DNA of 64,000 bases from assembly GCF_000143415.4 (NCBI RefSeq), contig NW_003314284.1:1-64000 (forward strand), in the 5' to 3' direction. Below, one piece after another: positions 50,707 through 63,309 of the stretch (the stretch's first letter is position 1; each line of letters begins with the position of its first letter). The notes under the pieces were generated by a model, which ran no database searches, had not been told where the DNA came from, and saw only the letters and a list, made by a program, of their open reading frames with translations. Made by a program: the position numbers and the translations under genes. This DNA comes from Selaginella moellendorffii. Its lineage: Eukaryota > Plantae > Lycopodiophyta.

Positions 50707-53685
50707 TAATATTCATAAAAATAAAGTGTATTATAAAGACACTTGATATTAATATAATAAAGTTAATCTTTCTTAAAGCATAAGTTAATAGTTTTAAAGT
50801 TAAAGGTTTGAGAAATATCACTTTTAAAATGGAAGAGAAAACAAAATATAGCTATAAAGTCATTGATAAAACTTCTTTATATGTCAGTTATACTGTAAAA
50901 TTTAGAAACTTCTATATTATATAAAGTAGATAGTGTTTTTATTTTCTTTTAGAAAGTTATTAAAATATTTTTATCGGAGCTTATTGTCAAGAGGAAACTC
51001 TTTTTTGCAAAGACAATAAAACTACTAATAAATATTGAAAGTGTAGAGAATAAAAGATGGATTTATGTTAAACACTTTAAATATAAAAACTCAAAATCTT
51101 GCTTTTATAAAGGCTCTAGAAAAGAATCCATATGTAAAAGTTTTGAGTTTAAATATCACACAAGCTAGTATTACTCAAACCAAAGACACGTAAGTTTAGA
51201 TATTTCAAAACCCTTAATCAATTGGAGAAGAAAGCCCTTTTCCTTTATATTAACAATTTTATAGATCATTTATTAATTTGTTTTAGATGTTTATAATCTA
51301 TTATTCTTCCTTGCAAGTTTACAGCCTTTGTTGGTCAAGCCCAGTTGGAGCTCAATGTCAACCTTAATGCATCCCAACTAACTAATAAAGCTAACCCAAG
51401 ATTAATTTGATAATAAATATAAATTTATGAGTTTGGACTTCACATGAGACCACTCAATCTAGTACTATTGAAATCCAAAATTGTTTAACCCCAACTATTC
51501 TAGAACACTTAACTGATTGTAAAAGAAGGTATATTTTCATTCATGGGCTCTTTCTTTTTATATTTGAAATTTTACAGATTATATATTAAATCATTCTTTT
51601 TTATTGTTTACAAGTAAGTTAAGATTTGAATACAAATTTTAAAAGATTAAAAAAAGAATAGATCAATTAAACATTGAACGTTAAACCTATATTCATGATC
51701 TATTCAACTCTTATTACTTCAATAGAAGTTAAACTTTAGCTTCCCTAAATCCTTTTTCACCTCTAATCAAATCTTGATGCTTTATAGAATTTATATCACG
51801 TATTAGAGCAATCTAATACAATTATTCATTCACAACTTCAATAAATTCTTCAACATTAACAACATTTTCCTAATTTTGACCCAAAAATTAGTATAGCAAC
51901 AATGTTTAATGGGATATAATCCAAGTTCTATAGCTTCCTCAACCAAATCAAGCTTTTAATTACTATACAATTTAGCCAATAGTCCACTTTCACTTCTTAT
52001 ATGAGACTTGGCTGATATTTCACTTCAACTTTTTACTATGAGACCCTTTCCTAGTTTTCGGCTCTTTTTGAAAATAGTGATTATGTTCTTCAAGATTTTG
52101 ATTTCTTTGATCAACACTTCTCTAGTATGTTTAACAATACTAATTAAAACTGAAGTACCATTAGCAAGTTATAATAATTGTGCAAAAGCTCCAAATCTGC
52201 ATTTATTTATGCATTGGAATTTCAGATGGTCATCACTATTATTTCATGGAACAATATAACTCTCAAGAAACAATTATGCCTTGACCTTTGTGAGGTTGTT
52301 AAAGATCTAGTGTTTTCTGCCTTTGTGAAGTTGTTAAAGATCTTATGCTTTCTCATCTAAATACAGTATTTCTACTGTTTACCATTAATCATTATGCTTA
52401 CTATAATAATCAATATTATTAAAACATTGTCACAAACATTTTTTGTTTGCTTAAGCAAACCTGTAGGACGACTAAGATGGTAGTGGATATACCTAAAATA
52501 TGCTTGGATATTCTACAATATTTTACGATCAAACTCATTTAGATTAATTTTATATTTATAGTTTATAAACTTTCTTAAAACCTTTCTAATATATTCTTTT
52601 TTATTCTACCATCTAATAATTGATATGCAATAAGATTAATCTTGTGTTTATAATTTACAAAAATGCTTATAATTATAAACTTTTCTTGATCAATTGGATT
52701 AATAAGTAGGAATAACACCACTATTAAACAAACCAAGTGTTACTACATGCAACGTGTAACAAATTATTTCCTCGTCCAATGGTCTTAGTATTTGACTAAC
52801 CAACACATGACCAAAATGCAATTTCAATGAAGATTAAAGCTACATTTTAACAATGTCTTTCCAATGTTAAATGATGATGCCAAATAAAAATCACCTTTAT
52901 ACATATTATAGTAATGCAAACCACTTCCATGAATAATATCCTTTTACCCTTACGCTCGTGTGGTTGATGTAATATATATGATTTAGAAAATAAAAATGTC
53001 CAATCCAATTTAAAATTGTTTGACTTAAAAACTCATTTCCTTTATTTATTTTAGCTCCATTCTTTCTTCATGGCTCTTCAAAACTTTTCTACATCACTAC
53101 TCACTTTTAGTGCATTAAATTTAACCTTTTCTTTTGAGTTTTAGACAACAATAATGCTAATCCAAACTTTATTAATTGGGAGTTTACACTTTCTCATGAA
53201 ATTTTCCTTTGACTAACACATAGATCAAAGAGTGTTTTAATTGTTAAAAGTACATTGTTAAAATAAAAAGAGACAAAAAAAACTACTAAAGAAAAACAAA
53301 AAGAAGGAAGAAGAATGATTTGTTGAAAACTAATTCAGTCCAACCTTAAGATAATCTAAACATTTAATTTGTGTAAAACTTATCATTGTTAAATTGATAC
53401 CCACACATTGGTCTAAAACCCTTGAAATCATAATACAATTAAAAAATAAAATAAAATATATAATTAAAATATAAATATTTTAATTAAAATATTTAATTTA
53501 AGATATCATTAACTATATAAACTATTCAAAGATTTTGTAAAAGATGCCATAATAATTAAACCCTAAAATTTGCAAAAATTTAACCCTAATATGAAACATG
53601 TTACATGTTAAGTTATATATAGCTTATTGGGAAATAATATAATTAGCTTGCTCTATATATGTCACAATTTCTTAATAAAAATTTA

Positions 53686-54960
53686 TGTTGTTGAAGAGGT
53701 GTAGATACTCCTCTTTGCTGGATATCTACTAATGAGAAAACAAAAGGGCCCGATCTTCAGGGGTTGAGAAAGAAAGATGAGTGAATGAATGTTGTGTATT
53801 GATATGAAAATGATGAATGGAGATGGGGATCCACAACTTGAATTCCCCCCTTGAAAGGCTAGCGGTTTTAACTGTCAGCATATGCTAATGAATGGTATAT
53901 GCTGTGTATGATCAAACCTATAACTCTGATGCAGCCTTGGGTTCAAGGTTAGAGTCCCCTGAGCCTAGGTTTTTGGTTGATACACTCTGCTCCCCCGACA
54001 GAACTAGACATTGTCTTAGTTAGTCTCCATCACTTGTTGTTGCTGCTGCTTAAGTTGATAGAGGCAACACTTCTACTGCGGGAGTGTAAGCTCATGGTTG
54101 GGGACACTGTCTGGTGGATCTATCCCATCTTCCTGGAGCTCGACTACCTCAGCCAGGAGGGCAGTATGATCATCCTTGAGCTTCCGGTAGCGGGTGTTGA
54201 GCTCTTTATACTTGAATTTGTAGGTGAATTCATGAGCTGCTGATGGGGTTGATGGCTGCTTGGAGACAATCTTCCTGATGTCCCAGAGGTTGGTGCAGAT
54301 TTGCTTCATCTCCTCGAGTTGAGTGTTGAGCCAATGGTTTAAGGGCTTTTAGAACTCCTTCTTGATTGCTCCGTGGGTGTATGTGAAGGAGTTTTGCTTG
54401 AGAAAGTGCCATGCGATGTCGGCTGGTGTTGGGAAGTGGTTCGCTTGCTTGTGGTGCATGTGTTGATCGAGGGCTTTGAACAATTTGCAGGTGCAGTAGC
54501 TTAGGTTGCAAAGTTTATCCTTGTACTCCTTCCTGATCTTATCATAATCATGGCATACCTGACTCTATGGCTGAGGCATGGTTGCTTCTCCTACTCCTGC
54601 TCTGTGATCCTTGTGTTCCTCACTAGGGTTCGCTGTGTTGTTAGTCCCAGGATTTGAAGTTGCTGGAGGCTTAATTTGCTTCGTTGGATGTGGGTGGTGT
54701 GGTTGGTTCGGATTCTTTGAGGTGGTTGGAGATGAGCTTTTCAGATTGGTGCTAGATGAACAGCTTAGATGTGGCATTGAAATTAATGTATCTGTTGGGG
54801 TTGAATGGCCCAAATCTTCTGCTTGGAATTTTATTGAAGGGGTGGAAGTTTTGCTGACGCTGGTTGCAGCATTTGCTGGAGGAGGCATGGTTGCATGTTC
54901 TGCAAGTGATTGGTGAAGGTAGTTGGTGTTTTCTTTCGTGGAACGGCAAACTTCGGTGAA
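53686..54960 (-). mobile_element. Truncated LTR-retrotransposon remnant: short 3' LTR (~150 bp), PPT and decayed internal ORF
   Basis: TGT... (53686/53689) to ...ACA (53835). Minus-strand AAGGGGGGAATT lies immediately internal. Broken P/S/T-rich and coiled-coil ORFs 54073-54949 have higher GC than the island. Confidence 0.5.
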
Positions 54961-55751
54961 GTCAGCCGGGTTTTGGTGTCAAATCTTAATTATTTGTGGA
55001 AGTCATTTATAGATTTTAAAATATGTATATTTTCTGTTGTTTTCATTTATTGATTCCAATAAAGGTTATTATACCTATAATTTTTATCACTATTTTAAAA
55101 TGTCAAATAATTTCATTATAATTAATATTAATATTATAATTATTAATTCTAAACATAATTTTCTGTACATATTATTATCCATTAGTTGCCACCAAATGGT
55201 TTCTAACTAAAATTATATCTTTTGAATTAAATATTCATAAATTTGAAAGAGGATTTAAAATTTTAGAATTTCATTTATTCTTTTTCTCCCTGAAATTTAA
55301 TTTTTTCATAATTCACTTTTAGCATACTGATTTGAAAATAAATAAAATTTTGTATATAAAAACTAAAAAAAAAGCAGAACTCACACTATATTATGAATGT
55401 GAAAAGATTATTAACTTGAATTGCCATCCATATAATTAATATTAGCTATATATATAAAAATATAATGAAAACTTATATTAAAAAATATATAATTAAGAAA
55501 AAAATACAACTATTTTGACTTCACAAATGTCATAAAAATAATAAGTGTTTATATGGATGACATATAACAAATAATATACATGGTAACTATATTCATAAAT
55601 CTTGATATTATCATTTTTATTAAAGAATTATTAAATTTAATGTGAATCCAACCTGATTTTAAAATTTAGTTGCAATAACCAATTTTTAAATTTTTTTTAA
55701 GAAGTAATGTTTAAAAATTTAAAATATTTTACAATTTCTTAACTTAAGAAA

Positions 55752-55773
55752 GTAGGTTAGGGTTTAGGGTTTT
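55752..55773 (+). promoter_or_regulatory. Tandem telo-boxes just upstream of the WDR3 ATG
   Basis: TTAGGGTTTAGGGTTT; telo-boxes are typical of ribosome-biogenesis genes. Confidence 0.7.
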
Positions 55774-55781
55774 TTTTTGTC

Positions 55782-58700
55782 ATGGTGAAGTCCTACCTCC
55801 GCTACGAGGAATGCAATTCTTTCGGTGTGGTTGTGTCGGCGGAATCGAATCTGTGCTACGATAGCACGGGGAAGCTCCTCATAGCCGGCGCTCTCGACAA
55901 GCTCCTCGTCTGGAACGTCAAGCAGGGACTCTGCGTGCATTCTCTCGCGCCCTCTCTCCCCGAATCAGGCTCCAGGCCCGCCGTCACTGCTATCGCATGT
56001 ACGCCTGCCTCTTCCTCACTGGTAAGCTCCCACATTCTTGTCTTCCATTTCTCTTCGCTTGATGATTTCTTTCGTCTACTCGAGGTTGCGAGTGGCTACT
56101 CCGATGGGTCACTTAGAATCTGGGACATCGTCAAGGGAGCGTGTGAATCAACCATGAACAGCCACCGAGGAGCAGTGACTGCCTTGAGATACAATAAAAA
56201 TGGCTCCTTGCTTGCCACTGGAAGCAAAGACACTGACGTTATTGTGTGGGATACGGTAGCCGAGACTGGGTTGTTTCGTCTTCAAGGTCACAGAGACCAG
56301 GTAAGTCACTCGTAGTTTCATTCCTTCATTCATTCTGTTCCTTAGACGTGATTTTCTTCCAGGTGACTGATGTTGTTTTCATCGAGAATGGGAACAAGCT
56401 TCTCACCTCGTCCAAGGATACTTTCGTTCGTGTGTGGGACATACAAACGCAAGCTTGCGTCCAGACGATCGTGAGCCACCGCAGTGAAGTCTGGTCACTC
56501 GATGTGGATCCTCTGGAGCGCTACGTCGTCACTGGTGGTGCGGACATGGAACTCAGGCTCTTCCAAGTTTCAAGCGAGCCTTCCAGCGATCCGGGAAAGT
56601 GGGAGGTGCTCCAGCTTCTGGGAGACGTGAAGAAACAAAGCCACGATCGAGTAGTCACTTTGAGATTCAACGAGCTGGGAACGCTTCTCGGTTGCCAGTG
56701 TGCCGGGAAGTCTTTGGAGGTTTACTCGTTGCATGACGACAAGGAAGCGTTAAAGAAGGCCAAGAGGAGGAAACGGAGAAAGAGAGAGAAGGCTGACAAG
56801 ACTGAGAAACCGGAAAACGTAGCAGTGACAGAGCCGGAAGATGGTAACGACTTCCAAGCATCGGACTATATCCGGCTTCTACAAATCGTTCGACTGAAAC
56901 ACAAGGCGAGATCGTTTGCTATCTCTCCTCTACACTCGAGGAAAGAAGTGATGTGCACGCTGGCGGTTTCACTGCACAACAACAGCTTGGAAGTCCACGA
57001 AGTGCAGGCAGAATCGTCGGCCAAAGTCCACTCCATCGATCTCCCGGGTCACAGGTCGGACGTCCGCTCGGCGGTGCTCACAATGGATGGCACGCTGCTC
57101 ATGACGACCAGCCACAATGCAGTGAAGATCTGGAATCCAACGACAGGTTCTTGCTTGCGGACAATGGAGGCTGGCTACGGTCTGTGTGGCTTGTTTGGTC
57201 CTGGCAACCATCACGCCATCGTTGGGACCAAGACGGGAGCTTTGGAGATTTTCGACGTTCGATCAGGGGACAGAGTGAGAGCTGTGGAAGCCCACTCTGG
57301 AGCGGTGTGGTCCGTGTCAGCTCTACCAAATGGTGAAGGTTTTGTCACCGGGAGCGCAGATAATGACGTGAAGTTTTGGAGGTTTGATCTTGTTCAAGCG
57401 GACGACAAGGTAACTCTTGTGTTTTATCTTCGTGTGGAATTTGACGTGGACAAGTTCCAGGCATTCAAGCAGCTTACTATTGAAAATGTGCGTACTCTAA
57501 GAATGGCCGAGGATGTTCTTGCTGTTCGTGTAAGTCCGGATGGAAAGTATCTGGCTGTTGCGCTTCTCGACTCCACTGTCAAAGTGAGTGACTTTGTTTT
57601 GGCTGTGACGCTGACGATTCATGTTGCAAAGCAGATCTTTTTTACAGATAGCTTGAAGTTTTATCTCTCGCTCTACGGGCACAAGCTTCCCGTCCTTTGC
57701 ATCGATATTTCGAGCGATGGAGCTCTACTTGCCTCCGGTTCTGCGGATAAGAATATGAAGATCTGGGGAATGGACTTTGGAGACTGCCACAAGTCTCTCT
57801 TCGCTCATCACGATAGTGTTATGGCACTGAAGTTTGTTCCAAACACCCATTACATTTTCAGCGTTGGTAAAGACCGAGTTGTCAACTACTGGGATGCGGA
57901 CAAGTTCCAGCACCTGTTAAGACTGGAGGGACATCACGCCGAGATCTGGTGCCTTGCAGTGAGTTTCTACGGAGATTTTATTATCACCGGATCGCATGAC
58001 AGATCGATACGCCGGTGGGAGCGGACAGAAGAACCTTTCTTCATAGAGGTAGCGTTTTAAATCTGGTGGTGGCTTGCTAAGTGCGTACTTCACAGGAAGA
58101 AAGAGAAAAGCAACTGGAGGCACGGTTTGATTCCGAGCTAGACGACTCCAGAGCGCCTAGGCAAGAAGCTCCGGAAGAAGGAGCTTCCGGTTTGGCCGGA
58201 CGAAAGACGCAGGATACCGTGTCTGCTGCGGACTCTATCATCGACGCCTTGGACTTGGCCGAGGAAGAAAGAAAAAAGATTTTGGAGCACAAGGTTGGTG
58301 TAACTCCAAAAAAGATGATCACCATTTCATGCATGTATTTGCAGGAGGCTGGAGAAAAAACGAAGTTCCAACCCAACGTTATGATGCTCGGTCTCTCACC
58401 CTCTGCCTACGTCCTTCGTGCTGTTGCTTCGGTCCGGCCTAGCGATCTCGAGCAAGCCTTCCTGGTATGAACTCTCGTTTGTTTTTGCTACAAGTTCTTA
58501 ACTTTTCTTCTATGACTGCTAGATGCTCCCATTTTCGGATGCGTTGAAGCTGCTGGAATACGTCAAGCAGTGGATACCCGATGGTAGTCAGGTACAAGAT
58601 TCTTTCGTGTTTGGATCTTGCTTTCACTGACTCGTGTGTTTTTTACGTTGAAAGGTGGAAATTGTAGGAAGAGTAGCGACGATGCTACTACGCATCCACC

Positions 58701-59077
58701 ATGAACAACTCATTGCAACACCATCAGCCCGTGCAATTGTAACCAGTGTTCAAGAAATTCACGGCAGCGTGCGGGTAAACTTTTCTTCCTATCTTTCCCT
58801 CATGTTTTCTGGCCTGTGGATTTTCAGAGCTTTAAAAACGTCCTTGGACGCAACATTGCCGCAATGAGCTACGTACAGGTACCAGATAACTCTTGACGAG
58901 GAACGAGATTTTGATCTTCTTTTTTCTTTGATCATCCAGGACTTGCTAGCACTGAGCTCAAATGCTCTTTTCAAAGATGCTGGAGCGAAGCTCAGCGAGA
59001 TAAGAAAGAAGCTGTCGAGCTTTCCGGAGAAACAAGAAGGCCACAACAAAAAGAAAAAGCGTCAAAAGCTTCAGTGA
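55782..59077 (+). CDS. WDR3: WD-repeat protein 3 / UTP12 (DIP2), U3 snoRNP SSU processome component, multi-exon
   Basis: MVKSYLRYE...FGVV.S; many WD repeats; SLKFYLSLYGHKLPVLCIDISSDG; GDCHKSLFAH.DSV; C-terminal Utp12 domain DLEQAFL.LPFSDA. Confidence 0.95.
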
Positions 59078-59316
59078 GTGAGCAATCTGCAGCCGTTGAA
59101 AAAACAACGGCGGAGATTCGCGCGGGTGAGAGAAAAAGAGGAATTGCCACGTCTGTCGACACGTCACAGGCAAAAAAGAAAAGATACACTACCCTTAATA
59201 TTAGGGCAACACGGGGTGCATCGCTGTCGTAGGGTTTGCTGGATTCTTTGTGGAGAGAGCTCCACTGGTGATGCGCAACGCCTGATCTGTGCCGGGATTT
59301 CTAGCGCGAGCTCAGC

Positions 59317-60337
59317 ATGGCGTCCAGGAAGCGAACTCTCCTCAAGGCGATCATTCTCGGCGACAGCGGGTATGGGTCTATATTCGATTTCTAAGGGATG
59401 AGTGAGTAATCGAGCTCAATCTGTGTGATTCTTGCGCAGAGTCGGGAAGACATCGCTAATGAATCAGTATCCTATTGGTTTTTTTCTCTCGCTGTGATCG
59501 AGCTGCGAAATCTCTTTATTTCTCTCTTGTTTGATGCCTTGACGCTACTCTTAGATATGTGAATAAGAAGTTTAGCAACCAGTACAAGGCTACTATTGGA
59601 GCCGATTTTCTCACCAAGGAAGTTCAAGTGGAGGACAGGCTAGTGACGATGCAGGTGGGTCGTGATCTTTGCTCCAAAAAAAATTCTTTCTTCTTCTTAC
59701 GAATTGGGATTTTGGTTTTCCAGATATGGGACACAGCCGGTCAAGAGCGATTCCAAAGCCTCGGTGTGGCATTCTATCGAGGCGCTGATTGCTGCGTGTT
59801 GGTATACGACGTGAATGTGATGAAATCGTTTGACAACTTGGACAACTGGCGAGAAGAGTTCCTCATCCAGGTAAAGTGAGATGCTTGAAAGCTCCTTATC
59901 AGTCTCTAAACCAGTCTCCAGGCAAGTCCCTCCGATCCAGAGAACTTCCCTTTCATTGTTCTCGGCAACAAGGTCGACGTAGATGGAGGGAACAGTAGAG
60001 TGGTGAGTGCTAGCCCTCAATCTCTCTCGCTTCTCTCTCACTCTCTCTTACGCTTGTGTCTCCAGGTTTCCGAGAAGAAAGCCAAGGCCTGGTGTGCTTC
60101 CAAGGGAAACATCCCATACTTTGAGACGTCTGCCAAGGAAGACTACAACGTAGAGGCTGCCTTTCAATGCATCGCCAAAAATGCCTTGAGGAGCGAACCG
60201 GAGGAAGACTTGTAAGTTTGCTTGTTTGTGATGTTTCAAGCGCTAAGTTTCGATGTAATTCTCGCAGCTATCTTCCGGACACGATCGACATTACAAATAA
60301 CAATAGACTGCCAAGATCGTCTGGCTGTGAGTGTTGA
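59317..60337 (+). CDS. RAB7: Rab7 / RabG3 small GTPase, multi-exon
   Basis: [66 protein letters not shown]-terminal CEC. Confidence 0.98.
59467..59554 (+). other. U12-type GT-AG intron in RAB7
   Basis: Donor GTATCCT; branch CCTTGAC at 59537-59543, about 10 nt before the AG. Confidence 0.85.
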
Positions 60338-60842
60338 TCTACTACTACCGCCCCTCTATCGATGATAAGTGTTCTCGCCTTCATTTCATTTGTTCTTTCC
60401 GTTTTTTTCTTTATTCCTCTCTCCTCGCTGGCTTTGGATTTTTTTTTTTTTCCTTCTTAAGGTCTCTCTTTTTTTGTTACGAAATAATTTTGCCTCCTCG
60501 ATCTTAGCTACGGCCAATAACCTTGTACCTAGTTAGTAGCGCGCAAATTCGTCCCTTGGTTTTGTGTTTTCTGTACTATCAAATTTTCTTCGTTTCTATA
60601 GAACTTTCCAGTTTATGGTCTCCGTTGCGGGATTCATACGTTCTTGCAGAAACTCCAGCGATATTGACGAGATTAGAGCCAGTTTTGACGCACTGGAGCT
60701 CAAGCCAAGGTGGAATTCTCTTTGAGAAAGAGAGACCAAGGTTACGACGATGATATACATATGTGAAAGAAGATTTGGTGATAAATCACAGCTGTTGGGT
60801 TATAAAACTAGAGCAAAGAGTTCTTGCAATTCTTCACAGGCT

Positions 60843-62006
60843 ATGGCGGAAGAGGCAACGCATCGTTTGATCGACACAAATGGCATCAAGATGCATATAG
60901 CAGAGATGGGATCAGGTAAGGCAATCATAAAAAACGCAGAAAAATGAAGGAAAAAAAGATGATTTTGCGACGATGATCGACCAGGAGGGCCGACTGTGGT
61001 GCTGCTCCATGGCTTCCCAGAGACGTGGTATACATGGAGGTTCCAACTCAAGGGGCTGGCGGACGCTGGTTTCCACGCCGTTGCTCCAGACTTGCGAGGC
61101 TTTGGTCTCACCAAGTGTCCCAGGGATTCATACGGTAACTTCAAGCTCACGCCTCTGGATCTCGTGGGAGATATCGTGGGTCTCGTCTATGCGCTCGGAG
61201 GAGACCCGGTACGTGATGATCTTCTAGCCTCCTAGTTTTCTAAATCCTCTCTCGATCGCAGGTGTTCGTCGTGGGTCATGACGTTGGAGCGTTCATCGGA
61301 TGGAACTTGTGTCGCATGAGGCCGGATCTCGTGAGAGCTTATGCTTCGCTTGGAATTCCCTTCGGAGGATTTAGACGTCCCACGGAAGAAGGATTCTACG
61401 GGAATCGCTTTGGTGTAAGTCCGTGAATCACTGCTCCATCCAACTTTGAGCTCAGATTCTTTCCAGGTACCTGGGCGAGCTGAGAACGACTTCGCTCGAT
61501 TCGACACCGCCACCGTGCTCAAGAACATCTACACGCTCTTTTGCCGGTCCGAGCTCCAGATCGCCGGGCCCGACGAGGAGATAATGGACTTGGTCACCAC
61601 GTCGGACCCCATCCCGAGCTGGCTCACCGAGGAGTTCATCAAAGTCCAGTCCGAGCTCTACGAGAAGTCCGGCTTCGAGTGCCCGCTGTGCTTCACATAT
61701 CGCGATCGCATGAGGTTTTTCAAGATACCTTTGCTGGATCGAGTTTGATCGAATTTTTCGTGCAGGGCGTTTGAGCTCATGGCTCCCTGGATCAACATGC
61801 CAGTAACGAGCCGCTGCCTCTACATCACCGGCAAAGATGACTACGTGCGCAAGTTCCCGGGGCTGGAGGAGTACGTGACCGGCGGTGGAATGAAGCGAGA
61901 CGTCCCCAACCTCGTCGGCGTTGCTGTTCTTCCTGGCGGCCATTTCGTGGAGGAAGACTCGCCCGAGGAAGTGAACTCCTTGCTCATACGCTTCTTCAAA
62001 GAGTAG
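60843..62006 (+). CDS. Soluble epoxide hydrolase (alpha/beta hydrolase), multi-exon
   Basis: TNGIKMHIAE.G, LLHGFPE.WY.WR.Q, APDLRGFG, VVGHDVG nucleophile, QVPGRAE.DF, YITG.DD, GGHFVEE. Confidence 0.93.
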
Positions 62007-63309
62007 AGCATGATCGCCGGAAGTAATAAAAGAGGAGTTGATATACATTGCGACTCAGCCTCGTACAATACCACGCTGCTACTGACCTGAGCAGCATGCT
62101 CTCATTGTAGAGCCGGCAGAACGAGGGGTAAATAAAGATTTCCTTGTTGGAGATCTGAGTTATGAGAGGTCTCTCTCTCTCTTTTCGTGGTTTAGTTCTA
62201 AGTTTCGTTCTTCTGTAGACTATCGAGAATGCCATAAGAATGGAAGCTCGTATGCAGAAACAAGGATTCAAACACAGAGATGTTGTCCAATCAAATCAAA
62301 GAAATTGTTTAATGAGCGATCTTGATCTGGAGGAGGGGGTTAATTATGGACCAAAGAGATGGCGGATGGACCATATCAGCAGCTACTCGCAGTTGGCAGC
62401 GAAGTCATTACATGCTCGGGGACTGGACGCCAAGCAGGCGGTCTTCTGCTTAGATGCTATCTTCGTGGATGGGAAGACCGAGCAGCTGGAACTGTGCCAA
62501 GTTTCCCCAGCTCGAAGGCTTCGATGATGCAGCTCTACGACCAAGAGAGGCTGCGTTGTGTTTGATTCGATGCTGTCGGGCCTCGTCGCGCTGGTGTGGC
62601 GGATTTGGAAGCTCAACGGGCAGCCCCTCGCGCCACTCCGCTTCGTCATGGACGATTGAAGGTGGTGGTGGGAGAAAAACTTGTGCACAGTGGTAGCAAC
62701 AGCATAATACTGTCGTGCCGGGTGAGTGATGTCGAGCGTCACTCGTCGGTACTCGAGGAATCTTTCTACGATGCGCTCGAGAACGTGGATGGGATTCGAC
62801 GCAAGGAAACAGTGGCAGTGTTCTTGGCGCTGGAACTCTGTTCTATGATTTCAACTTATCTTGTTACAGGGATGATTTGCAAAGCTCGTCATCCTTTAGG
62901 ACGACGACGTTATCAGGCTTGATATCACGAGAGCTCATGCAAACTTCGCAGCGAATTCCCCCGCCCTGTCGCCTCTATCTTGATGCTAAGAAGTCAGTGG
63001 AGTTCCAAACCCCGCAAGCCGAACAAAACGCAGGGCACGCTTATGTTTATGTCTCCACGGCTGCAAGAACTTGGCGGAGGGTATGAAGAGTTGGATGATT
63101 GGATGTGACTTTCACGTACCTGACTACCAAGTTGGCTTCATTAAAGAAGTTGGTCAATGCGGCTTGGGTGCCTCAAAGAACGTGTCTTGGCTTGGCTAGA
63201 AGATCTAGACAGTGAAACTGAAGAGTAATATATAATGCATTTTTATTGATTTTTTCATTTAAAAATAAATATTTCCCATTTTCTTCTCTTTCCAGGCAAT
63301 GAGAATGCT

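Larger units (their letters stand above)
48210..55745. other. ~7.5 kb extremely AT-rich island
   Basis: GC is about a quarter by eye (e.g. 13/60 in line 50521) versus ~50% in flanking genes. Edges are abrupt, just after the CIP111 stop and just before the WDR3 promoter. Confidence 0.85.
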
